The notes below the pieces were generated by a model, which saw only the letters and a list, made by a program, of their open reading frames with translations, did no database searches and was not told the origin of the DNA. Shown piece after piece: positions 26,132 to 38,148 of a stretch of DNA of 64,000 nucleotides; position 1 is the stretch's first letter; each line of letters begins with the position of its first letter. A program made the translations under genes and the position numbers. The stretch comes from Antedon mediterranea. Its lineage: Eukaryota; Animalia; Echinodermata. The stretch lies in assembly GCF_964355755.1 (NCBI RefSeq), contig NC_092676.1:11819888-11883887 (forward strand), given 5' to 3'.

Positions 26132-26134
<3 letters not shown>

Positions 26135-26205
<71 letters not shown>
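26135..26205. repeat. (TA)n microsatellite; further tracts near 26490, 26627, 27485, 28195, 28955, 29090 and 29321
   Basis: Direct sequence. Confidence 0.98.
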
Positions 26206-26208
<3 letters not shown>

Positions 26209-26620
26209 CCACTAGAGGGTGCGAGAGCGAAGCGAGCGAGCCCTCTAGTAAAAGAAATACAACAAAAGGAGACAAGGCGGTGAATGGTGGGTGGAGACTA
26301 AATAAGAGTAGAAAACAAAGAAGGTAGCTTGGTAGAGATATAAACAATTTTGGAATGAAACTAAAAAAACAGCTTAAATGGTGATTAATATTGAAACTTA
26401 AATGTTGGTAGTCAATGGAATAATTTTACCAATCTGGGAGGATGTTCCTAATGTTCTTCAGAACGTAGCAATCGGCCAACAAGATCTGGATATATATATA
26501 TATATATATTGGGGCGACTTATTCTCATTCTCACAGATTTTCCTCATCTTTATCGTTTCAAATTAATTAATTAAATTTCAGTATATCATCGGGCGGTTTC
26601 GAATTAATGTTCATTGCCTA

Positions 26621-26656
<36 letters not shown>

Positions 26657-26763
26657 ACAGTAGGCAAAGAACATTAATTCTAAACCGCCCGGTGATATAC
26701 TGAAATTTAATTAATTAATTTGAAACGATAAAGATGAGGAAATCTGTGAGAATGAGAAAAAGT

Positions 26764-26835
26764 CGCCCCAACCGAGACTCGAACTCGGACCGTCTGCTTG
26801 ATATGCAGTTGCCCTAACCATTAGACCACTGGGGC
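26764..26835 (-). ncRNA. tRNA-like sequence (anticodon ATC) in repeat cassette
   Basis: 72-nt cloverleaf GCCCCAG...TTGGGGCG with A and B boxes. Confidence 0.55.
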
Positions 26836-27127
26836 TTTCATGGTATTGTTCAAACTCGATTGGATAGCGACTCTTTAACACTCTCGGCGTGGTACGGCGG
26901 AACAGCACTAGTCCTCAGTTGTACACACGCGCAACAGAGATCAAATTGATACGCCCTCATCTTACAGTATTTTTATTCACGAGGCGGGATCTCCGAAGAG
27001 ATACTTTTATATATATAAACACAGTAGGCAAAGAACATTAATTCTAAACCGCCCGGTGATATACTGAAATTTAATTAATTAATTTGAAACGATAAAGATG
27101 AGGAAATCTGTGAGAATGAGAAAAAGT

Positions 27128-27199
27128 CGCCCCAACCGAGACTCGAACTTGGACCGTCTGCTTGATATGCAGTTGCCCTAACCATTAGACCACTGGGGC
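27128..27199 (-). ncRNA. tRNA-like sequence (anticodon ATC), copy 2
   Basis: Same cloverleaf; one T-stem mismatch. Confidence 0.5.
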
Positions 27200-27640
27200 T
27201 TTCATGGTATTGTTCAAACTCGATTGGATAGCGACTCTTTAACATTCTCGGCGTGGTACGGCGGAACAGCACTAGTCCTCAGTTGTACGCACGCGCACCA
27301 GAGATCAAATTTATACGCCCTCATCTTACAGTATTTTTATTCACGAGGCGGGATCTCAGAAGAGATACTTATATATATATAAACAAATCAGGCACAGAAC
27401 ATTAATTCTAAACCGCCCGGTGATATACTGAAATTTAATTAATTAATTTGAAACGAGGAAATTCCTCATCTTTATCGTTTCAAATTATATATATATATAT
27501 ATATAATTATAGATGAGGGCGTATCAATTTGATCTCTGGTGCGCGTGCGTACAACTGAGGACTAGTTGTGTTCCAACCGTACCACGCCGAGAATGGTAAA
27601 GGGTCGTTATCCGATCGAGTTAAAGAACAATACCATGAAA

Positions 27641-27712
27641 GCCCCAGTGGTCTAATGGTTAGGGCAACTGCATATCAAGCAGACGATCCGAGTTCGAGTC
27701 TTGGTTGGGGCA
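27641..27712 (+). ncRNA. tRNA-like sequence (anticodon ATC), copy 3
   Basis: Same cloverleaf with a few substitutions. Confidence 0.5.
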
Positions 27713-28012
27713 ACTTTTTCTCATTCTCCCAGATTTCCTCATCTTTATCGTTTCAAAAATTAATTTAATAATTTTCAGTGTATCACCGGGCGGTTTGGAA
27801 TTTATTTCTATGCCTGTTGTGTTTATATATATATAAAAGTATCTCTCGAGATCCCGCTTAGTGAATAAATATACTGAATTATAGATGAGGGCGTATATAG
27901 TTGATCTCTGGTGCGCGTGCGTACAACTGAGGACTAGTTGTGTTCCAACCGTACCACGCCGAGAATGTTAAAGGGTCGTTATCCGATCGAGTTAAAGAAC
28001 AATACTATGAAA

Positions 28013-28084
28013 GCCCCAGTGGTCTAATGGTTAGGGCAACTGCATATCAAGCAGACGGTCCGAGTTCGAGTCTCGGTTGGGGTG
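28013..28084 (+). ncRNA. tRNA-like sequence (anticodon ATC), copy 4
   Basis: Same cloverleaf. Confidence 0.5.
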
Positions 28085-28193
28085 ACTTTTTCTCATTCTC
28101 CCAGATTTCCTCATCTTTATCGTTTCAAAAATTAATTAAATAATTTTCAGTGTATCACCGGGCGGTTTGGAATTTATTTATATGCCTGTTGTG

Positions 28194-28230
<37 letters not shown>

Positions 28231-28233
<3 letters not shown>

Positions 28234-28646
28234 GTTCGGTTCAATGTAACCGTCTAAAAAGTGCTCAATACGGTAAAGTAGAGCTACAATATACGTTAAG
28301 TCTCGAAAAGAAGTAAAAACTACAGTTTGGTCTCTACAGGGTTGTTTCGTGAGTCGTGCAACTCACTCATCAGGAGACTATAATGAGAACAATCAATTAC
28401 AACGTTGCTTATAAGCACATTTACTTGTAGAATTAGCATTTACAGGTGATATGTTGTGGAATGTCAGCTGTTATGTAACAATGCTTTCTTTCTGTGCCGG
28501 CAGGCGGACACGAGTTCGTTGCGTTTGTTTAATGTCGATAATTCAGGGTGGCGGATGATAAATAATTTCTCTTTGAGGCAGAGGTTGCATTTTTGGTTTG
28601 CGCTACTGTGTGCTTTAGCAGATGCCAATATGCGTCATCTGTTACA
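28231..28646 (-). mobile_element. Penelope-like (Naiad-type) 3' end abutting (TA)n
   Basis: Minus strand RILASAKAHSSANQKCNLCLKEKLFIIRHPELSTLNKRNELVSACRHRKKALLHNS* (28646-28464), then a hammerhead, then the (TA)n tract. Confidence 0.8.
28330..28378 (-). ncRNA. Type I hammerhead ribozyme
   Basis: GTCTC-CTGATGA-GTGAGT-tgcacg-ACTCAC-GAAA-CA-accc-TG-TA-GAGAC: canonical core with paired stems I, II and III. Confidence 0.9.
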
Positions 28647-28772
28647 GATGAGGGCGTATCAATTTGATCTCTGGTGCGCGTGCGTACAACTGAGGACTAG
28701 TGCTGTTCCGCCGTACCACGCCGAGAATGTTAAAGAGTCGCTATCCAATCGAGTTCGAACAATACCATGAAA

Positions 28773-28844
28773 GCCCCAGTGGTCTAATGGTTAGGACATC
28801 TGCATATCAAGCAGGCGGTCCGAGTTCGAGTCTCGGTTGGGGCG
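28773..28844 (+). ncRNA. tRNA-like sequence (anticodon ATC), best-folding copy
   Basis: Acceptor GCCCCAG/TTGGGGC, D arm GTCT..GGAC, anticodon arm TCTGC-ATATCAA-GCAGG, T arm CCGAG-TTCGAGT-CTCGG, followed by a T5 run. Confidence 0.6.
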
Positions 28845-29085
28845 ACTTTTTCTCATTCTCACAGATTTCCTCATCTTTATCGTTTCAAATTAATTAATTA
28901 AATTTCAGTATATCACCGGGCGGTTTAGAATTAATGTTCTGTGCCTGATTTGTTTATATATATATATATATATAAATGAGCTATGCTCGACGCGATTATG
29001 AGATCATGTTCCGAATATGAGCACTGTTTCTATAATTTACAGTATGATTTATATATAATTTACACAGTGCTACGCAACATCATTG

Positions 29086-29142
<57 letters not shown>

Positions 29143-31352
29143 AAACGATAAAGATGAGGAAATCTGTGAGAATGAGAAAAAGTCGCCCCAACCGAGTCTC
29201 GGTTGGGGCGACTTTTTCTCATTCTCATAGATTTCCTCATCTTTATCGTTTCAAATTAATTAATTAAATTTCAGTATATCACCTGGCGGTTTAGAATTAA
29301 TGTTCTTTGCCTCTTGTGTTTATATATATATATATATATATATAAATCATACTGTAAATTTACTGGTGCTTTCATGGTATTATTTATATATAATTTACAC
29401 AGTGCTACGCAACATCATTGATTTATATATATATATATATTTGCGGGCGATATTTTTCAAATTTGCGGTTATTTTTACATTTGCGGGTGACATGTTTTGA
29501 CATTTACGGTTATTTTTACATTTGTGGAAAATGTTTACATTTGCGGGCTCTACATGCCTAGCGTTATAGCTTTTGTTTAAAAAATGGAATGTTATTAATC
29601 GTTTTGTTTTAGATGAATACCATGAATCTCCTTTTGTCCGTAATCGTGTTTTGTGCAGTTTTGTATAACGTACATGCAGCATGCTCTTATTTTAGTAAGT
29701 ATCAATAAAAATACCAGATGTTCATTAGCCTATTTAAATTTCACTAACAATAACAAAAAAAGCAATAAAACAATATTATGTGGTTCATGAAAAAATAAAT
29801 GTTAGCTTTAAAATGTTCATGTTAGTATATCTAGATTTCCGGGCTAATGCTTGTTTCTCATTCACTATCACTTCATATTTACCTTACCAAATGTTTTAAT
29901 TGATTTGTTTTACTTTAAAAAAAAATAGATAACTGCGTTGATAATAACGGGTACAGTCACGTTCATAACGGAAAATGGATAGTAAGAAAACAAAACCACT
30001 GCGTTATATGTCAATGTATTGGAGCCCAGGCACATTGCTGTACAACGTAAGTTCAGAATATGTCTGAGTGTTGCTTTAAGTAAATCATCTTATTCAGATG
30101 TTAAACGTTATTGACAAAATTAAATATCACAGTTGCAGTAGAACTAATACTGAAAAACATGTGATATGATGATACGTGTTGAAATTAACCAATCAATGTA
30201 TTACAAAGCAAATTTATTACAATTCAATATTGTTGTGTTTTTTTTTTCTCTTTATAGTCCGGTTTATACAGTTCCTGATCATTGTATTGACATCTTTAAT
30301 CCACAAAATTGCTATCATCACATAGCTGACAGATCAGATCACACTCAACCATGTTCTGGGCCTATTAGTGGTGTTGGAAAATAAGTGTAGGCCTACATTC
30401 AATTTTCTGAATTATGTTATCCTGTAAAAATACAATTATATATTTGCCTTTCAATAACAAATGTCAGCGAAGGAACGGAGAGAAGCGATATAGTACTGTA
30501 CTGTCAAATAATATACAAATAAGGAAAACATTTATTATTTGTATTTATATAACATATAAACAGATTCCTGTCATTTGACATTTGAATCAAATATTTCAAT
30601 TTCATTCACATTTATTAAAACAGTAACATTTGGTTTTTAATAATATATTAAATATTATATTCATATGGATTTTATAAACAAACCTACTGTATTGTTAATT
30701 GTCAACAAACGACCAAACAATCCTAGGCCTAGCAAGGCTAAAACGCATAGGCCTAATACTAACAAGCCTAGGCTAGGCCTACTAGCTAGGCTGAAAGGCA
30801 GCAATACCAAATACGAAACTTCGACAGGAAACTGGAACTCATATAGGCTAAACGATCGTTTTATAGTCCGTACTATGTGACTCACAATCGTCCAATGAAA
30901 TTACAGGAATTTATTTAGGCGTTATATAATACTTTATAATTATTTAGCATTAATAATTAATATGAATTCTATACACGATTTGTAGATTATCCTTTGGAAG
31001 AGTCATTTTACTTCCTGCTACTAATTGGGATTTAAAACTTTATTATATCAAAATAACGAGATGACGTAGTAAAACTCATAGACACGTTTGGTTTCATTGA
31101 CATTGGAGAGATGTTGATATGTAACGACCTACTATACGTAACTATAATATTTACATCTTTTTTAATTCATTGTGCGCATCTGACACAATATTCGTTTCCA
31201 GTGCGCATGTAGGGACATGTACTTCCTCACCCACTCGATTGCACCGACGCAGCATGCGTTAATCGTTGTTCATATACAATATTATTATATTACAGTATCA
31301 CTAAATAGAGAGAAAATAAAATTGAAGATAAGCAAAGAGGTTGTAACGTGAA

Positions 31353-32567
31353 TCTATATTATACATTTACGTAAGGGCAAAATTCGGTAAATCGCGTGTT
31401 ACTTCTAGAATGTTTACTCGATGGTATATAAAGTTTGTTTGTACTTTTGGTACTAATTTTACCCACCCGATTTAACCCTGTTTACTAATTAAATTGAGTT
31501 AGATAATTAGCTATTAACAATTAAAATGAATTTAGGTTCATCGATTTTCCTCTTGGATACCTACCTGATCAATCTCAGATGTACCGCAAAATGTAAATTT
31601 GCTAACATTAGTTTTCACTATTACGATATTGTTCCATATTTCTATATTTGGAAGATATTATAAAGATTTTTAAAACAAAACTTCTCATTTCATCGGTAGA
31701 TTTTCAATTCAATTTCAATTGTAGACGGTCAAAGTAATTTCCAGGTTCACGATGAGTTCACGGGTTCACCTTGCAACTACCTGGTTTCAACTAAGTTGGC
31801 CGTTAGTGGCTATAGCCATTTAATTTGTTTTCCGATCACTGTCTAATGGATTTCCATCTTGAAATATACCCGCACACAATAATACGAGGATGCTTCGCAT
31901 TACCTCTCTCCTCCTACTGTAGGCCTACGATAATTATTTTTGATAGCTGAAATTCGGTTGAACAGCTCGAGTACAGCATCATAATATTGAAGACAGGCCG
32001 ATTTTCTTTTAAAAATACTATTTTGATAGATTTAATAATACGTTTATACAATTGTATTGTTTTGCGATGAATTGAACATTCCAATCTCTCCCAGTTTGGT
32101 TTAACACAAGTAGGTACATTTATGAGCACGTGTGGGATAAACTTAACACCTTATTGCAATATTTTGACAATACTGTAAATACGTATTAACCATTTTTGGT
32201 CGCCATTTGAATAAATAATGTCTTACTATGAGTGTGGTTAGGCCGTATTGTTAGATATATAAACACATAATATACAAATAAACGTTATTACTGACAGTTG
32301 CTTCTCAACGTTTGTATTAATTAATAATTATAAAAAATATAAACGTCATAGTGGTAGGCCTACTCTACTATTTCAATCGACTATGACAGTGACAGTTTTA
32401 ACAAAGTATTAAATCGCAAATGTTTTACTGTATTTAATGGTATATTATTTATAGGCCTATAAAACATGAAACAATATTTCGTTACTGAGATTACTTTGTA
32501 CCCATCCTCTTCCCCATCTCTCAACCCTAATGTTACATACAAAACACAAATTGGGTTTGTTTAAATG
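31353..32567 (+). mobile_element. Helitron family A copy, chimeric with family B, 3' end lost at the LINE junction
   Basis: A|TCTATA..ATTTACGTAAGGGCAAAATTCGG start, colinear with 56824-57890; 31547-31822 is family B sequence. Confidence 0.8.
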
Positions 32568-33912
32568 ATGATTCAAGATTCAAGATTCAAACTTTATTTT
32601 AATCCATTTCTGGAAATTCCATTGCTTGCATTAAAAATTACAGAACAACAATTGCAATTACATTACAATGTTATTTAAAAACAATAAAATCAAAACTATT
32701 TACAATATATTTCACTTATAATTTTCATCGTTTGTAATTTTGGTTAAAAAGTTTAATGGCTTGCAGAAGGAAGGAGAGAAGATATCGTTCAGTGCGGAAG
32801 GTCGGCAGACGATATCTACCACTTGTCACGTTCAGGTGACAGTTTATCCTTTCGAAAAGAGGATGACTTTTATCCTTCGTGACAGACACAAATTTACGCA
32901 AGGCGCAGTCGTGATAGACATTATCAACCGACCTCCGGCCTTGACCGACCATCCTCTCTACCTTCCTTCCCATTCTGTCAATTCTACTTTTATCTCCCTT
33001 TCCGACATAACCGCCCCATGCTGTTATACAATACGACCAAACAGATTACAGCATTATAAAAAAAATAATTAGAATCGTCTTATCCACATTGAATTTGTTC
33101 ATTTTCCTAAGACAATATAGCGTGTTATTCATTTTTTTTTATCAGGGTGTCAATATGATCAGAACAGGTCAATGTATTGTTAAATGTGATGCCTAAATAT
33201 TTGAAGGTACAAACCACTTCGACATTATCGTCTAGTATAGATATTGGTTCATGATGCTCTTTCTTTTTCCGAAAATCAATTATCATTTCCTTCGTTTTAC
33301 TTACATTTATTTCTAGAAACTTTTTCTTACAATATTGAATAAATCTCGCAATTTCAGCCTTGTATTCCAGAAGAGATTCATTCAGTGAATTCAGAAGGCC
33401 TATCTGTGCAGAATCATCTGCATATTTCGATAGAAGACATAAACTGGAGGTGGATCTGTAATCAGATGTATTATATAGATACAGTAAATAAAAGAAGCCC
33501 ACATTGTCTCTTGAGGTCCTCCCGTATTTGAGAAAATAAGGTCCGAAAAGGTCTGAGAAGCAACTCTAACAAACTGTGTACGACATAAAATCAAAGAAAA
33601 GTGCTGTAAAGACACGAGGCACATCTAACTTAATCAATTTATCAACTAATAAATGTAGCTGAATGGTATTGAAAGCGGATTTAAAATCAAAATACATGAT
33701 TCTGGCATAATTGCCACGTGTACCATTACCAAGGTGTGAATACAATTTGAATAGCTTATATAATACACTATCTTCAGTGCTACGATTATTTCTATATGTG
33801 AATTGCAAAGGGTCTAAGGAAGGCTAAATAATAGGATAGAATACATTTAGGACAAGTCTCTCGAATACTTTCATTGCTATAGGCTGAAGTTAACGCTATA
33901 GGTCTAAGATTC
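32568..33912 (-). mobile_element. 5'-truncated Rex1/Babar-clade LINE
   Basis: QFTYRNNRSTED, YFDFKSAFNTI, NTGGPQ, KYADD, NVSKTKEMIIDFRK, SHPL..SGRYR..RTERY; AATAAA plus (TTGAATC)n tail. Confidence 0.9.
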
Positions 33913-34645
33913 TGAATTTGATGGTCACCCACTTTATGCTTTGCATTGATGTATCGTGTTAGACCACCCTTTGTTTTGCAGACTTTATTGCATATTTTAC
34001 ATTAAAAACTGCCATTTTCCACCTTTGAACGACTTTCGATAAACAATTATTGTTATAGCGAAACACATGGTTTCACTTTACAATTAATTTAACATGTCTC
34101 GAACATAGCGCGCCTCGATCCGGTAGACATGAGAGATGGAAAATCCCTCTTTACTATTTAGCAGGTAGCGGGACGATTCTGCCCAGAGAGGATTCAGCCT
34201 TGGATGGGGCGATTCCCCTCTTATAGCGCGTGGTTTCAGCAGCAACGCAGACTTCTCTCTGGGCGACGTGCTAATATTTTTGACATTCCATTCTCTAGGA
34301 AATCAGCATGCGTACCTCTCTCGCAAATAAAGTGAACAGCGATGGCCAGGAAAAGTTCTGTAATGTAATATCAATTGCTACCATTTATTTATACTTCCTT
34401 CACCTGTTGTCATATATATTATGTTAACCCACTTCTATATAACCCTTGGCTACTTAATGGTCACTATCTGTTTGTCTTAGCAAAAAGAAGGGGAAGCCCC
34501 AAACGGTTAAAAATGTTGTGGCAGATGAGCCAAGCGATGAACCAAGCAACATAGCTACAGAAATTATTACAGAATTATTTGGAATAAAGACCACGTCTAG
34601 TCTTCCATCTATGAAAGTTAAGATACTGTTATATGGAAATATGAA

Positions 34646-37600
34646 ATGGAAATTGACACAGGAGCCTCGGTATCAATAATGTCGGAGACGAAATTTAGGA
34701 AATTATGGCCTGAAAGAAAACTTGAACCATCGTCAGTTAAGGTACGTACGTACACTGGACAAATAATTGATGTTTTGGGTAAAATTAATGCTGAAGTTAC
34801 ATACCAGAGTACTAGTACAATATTACCGTTAACAATTGTGCGAACAGATGGAACTACTCTAATTGGTCGAGACTGGCTTCAGTTTATAAAGTTGGACTGG
34901 CAACAAATCAAGGTAATAAACCAATGAGATTTAAGTTCACTGCTTGGTAAATACCAAAAAAGACGAACTAGGTACTCTTAAGGGTACTGAAGCAAAAATT
35001 TACGTTGATAAAGAGACAATGCCAAAATTTTGTAAAGCCATAAATGTTCCGTATGCTTTGCGACAGAAAGTAGATGACGAACTTGATCGCTTACAACGAG
35101 AAGGCATTATTGAACCTATACATTTTTCAGATTGGGCTGCACCAATAGTTCCGGTACTTAAGGTAGATAAATCTACCGTTAGGATCTCTGGTGACTACAA
35201 AATTACTGTAAATAAAGCAGCCAAAAGTTGATCAGTATCATTTGCCCAGGATTGAAGATATATTTTCATCGTTAGCTAACGGAGAAAAATTTACTAAATT
35301 GGACATGTCACAGGCGTACCAACAATTACTCTTAGATAAAGATTCTCGAAAATATGTTGTAATCAACACTCAAAAGGGACTTTACCAATATACACGGTTG
35401 CCGTTTGGAGTCTCTTCAGCACCAGCGATTTTCCAGCGTGTCATGGAAGGACTATTACAAGGAATTAAAGGTGTTACAGTATACCTGGACGATATATTAA
35501 TTAGAGGAAAAAAATGACTACGAGCATTTCAAAACTCTTGAAACCGTCCGAAAGCTACTGGCAGATGCTGGGACTTCGTCTAAAAAAGAGTAAGTGTGTT
35601 TTTATGGTTAAATCTGTTGATTATTTGGGACACACGATCGACAAAGAGGGATTGCATCCCACAAACGCCAAAGTCAGAGCAATTAAAGATGCTCCAGCGC
35701 CTCAAAACTTGACTGAACTGAGAGCTTATTTTGGATTGTTATCTTATTATGGAAAGTTTTTACCAAACTTATCCAATACGCTTGCTCCGTCCGTTATATG
35801 CCTTACTTCGTAAGGATAAAGCTTGGAACTGGACAAATTTAGAACAATCTACTTTTGATAAATCAAAGGAATTGCTACTTTCCTCCAGAGTACTCGCACA
35901 ATATGATCCAAAAAAGGAAATAATACTATCGTGTGATGCATCTCAATATGGAATTGGGGCTGTGTTAGCTCATCGACAAAGTGACGGTACAGAAAGACCG
36001 ATCGCATTTTCATCTAGAACACTTGCAGACGCGGAAAAAAAGTATTCGCAAATTGAGAAAGAAGGGTTGGCATGCGTTTTCGGAGTAACCCGATTTCATT
36101 CTTACATTTAGGGTAGACATTTTACATTAGTAACCGACCATAAGCCATTGTTGGGTCTTATTAATGAGGACAGACTTGTGCCTAGCCAAGCATCAGCTAG
36201 AATCCAACGTTGGGCGCTGAAATTAGGCACATACAAATATACATTAAGATTCAAACTGACAAAGTCCCATGCCAATGCAGATGCCTTAAGCAGATTGCCA
36301 TTGCCAGGAAAACCAGAATCAATTCCACAACCTACCGAAACTGTTCTATTGATGGAGTCTATGAACCAATCTCCAGTTTCCACGGCAGATATTAAAGGTT
36401 GGACGGTTAAAGATCCAACACTTTCTCGAGTTCAATTACATTGAAAAGGGTTGGCCCAATACTAACCCAAAAATTGAAAACTTGCAACCATATTGGACCC
36501 GACAAAGAGAACTCTCTACACAAGATGGATGTATTTTGTGGGGAAATATAATTGTTATTCCACAGCCTGGTAGAAAACAGTTGCTACAAGCACTACATGA
36601 CGGTCATCCTGGAATTGTCAGAATGAAAAGTTTTGCTCGGAATTCGTTATGGTGGCCTAATATGGACAAAGACATTGAGGACATATAAAAAAGTGCGATA
36701 CATGCCAATCCAATCAAACTTTACCACCTAAAGAACCATTGCACCCATGGAATTGGCCAAATAGACCATGGTCACGATTACATATCGACTATGCTGGACC
36801 ATTTATGGGAAAAATGTTTTTAATACTTGTTGACGCACACTCAAAATGGCTTGAGGTAATTCCGGTAAATTCCTCAACGACAAGTACCACAGTGGATAAG
36901 CTCAGGCTTATATTTGCATCGCATGGATTGCCAGATAAAATAGTATATGACAATGGAACATGTTTCACGAGTGGTGCATTTCATACATTCGTAAAGCGAA
37001 ATGGAATAAGACATTCTTTAACAGCCCCATATCACCCATCATCGAATGGTCTTGCAGAACGTGCTGTACGCACATTTAAAGAAGCAATGAAACGTATGAA
37101 AGACGGATCTATAGAAACAAAAGTCGCAAGATTCCTATTTAAATATATAAATGCAGCTCATACCACAACTGGCAAAACACCAGCAGAATTACTTAACGGC
37201 CGAAAATTAAATACGCATTTTGATCTTCTACACCCTTATCAAGCAGATCGTGTTATCACTCAACTTGAAAAACAGAAATTAGCACATGATCGTCATGCAA
37301 AAGAACGCACTTTTGTATAAGGGGAGGAGGTGTATATAAAGAACTTTAGAGGACAACATCCAAAATGGTTACCCGGAACAATAATTTTAAAATCTGGGCT
37401 CATCTCATTCAAGATAAAACTAGAAGATGGACGAGTTTGTCGTCGTCATGCCGACCCTATCAGGAAGCGTTATAGGCCTGTTCAACCTCAGGATAAACAG
37501 CTTACAAACAAAGATGATCCTCCAAAATTACCTCCAATGCTCATTAATCCAAATAGAACAGTGGAAACATCACAATCAACTGTCGAAGCACAGCCTATAA

Positions 37601-37665
37601 CTGCTCAGCGAAGAGTATACCCTACTCGCGATAGAAAACCACCGGAAAGATATGGACATTCTTAA
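34646..37665 (+). pseudogene. pol: Gypsy pol (protease, RT, RNase H, integrase) with stops and frameshifts
   Basis: IDTGAS; WAAPIVPV, RLPFGVSSAPAIFQ, YLDD; [27 protein letters not shown]; HDGHPG, HIDYAGP, DNG, SNGLAER. Confidence 0.95.
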
Positions 37666-38148
37666 TAACTGAAATACAGAAACTTTTATGGACATTATTA
37701 CTGGACAATTTAAAATGTTGATCTTATATTTTACTTTATACAGTGCATTATACCATATACATTTAAAGTGATTATTAAACCATAACTTAGTACAGTGCTT
37801 TGATCCAATTATAAATAAATAGCTTAGAATTGTTTATAATAGAAGGGAGGGAATGTAATGTATTGAACTTGAGTAATATCAATTGCTACCATTTATTTAT
37901 ACTTCCTTCACCTGTTGCCATATATATTATGTTAACCCACTTCTATTATAACCCTTGGCTACTTAATGGTCACTAATGGCAAAAGTAGACCCTCTGCTGA
38001 GACCACTAAACATTCCACCTTGACAGATTAATTACCCATTACATATATTGTTATTATATATATAGTAGATGTAGAATAAAGAATAAACACTTCAGTGCTA
38101 GCTTTCAACTATAACAGAACTTGTCTCTCTCTAACTTATTTGTATTGT

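Larger units (their letters stand above)
26510..29320. repeat. Array of ~320-370-bp tRNA-like cassettes separated by (TA)n tracts, in both orientations
   Basis: Full units at about 26652-27008(-), 27017-27370(-), 27510-27825(+), 27882-28195(+) and 28646-28954(+); partial or fold-back units at 26510, 27381 and 29140. Confidence 0.9.

Noticed and set aside
28634-28640. In-frame TGA upstream of the Naiad C-terminus as a possible selenocysteine codon
   Set aside because: The position looks like a Trp site at a truncation junction; no SECIS could be identified
26711-28897. Repeated 65-aa ORFs (MLFRRTTPR...) and calling the cloverleafs bona fide tRNA-Asp genes
   Set aside because: The ORFs overlap the tRNA-like fold and vary in start. 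The atypical anticodon and repeat context argue for tRNA-derived sequence until expression is shown
30250-30425. Possible Cys-rich exon on the minus strand (NMVECDLICQLC)
   Set aside because: Contains stops, no full PHD spacing and no partner exons found
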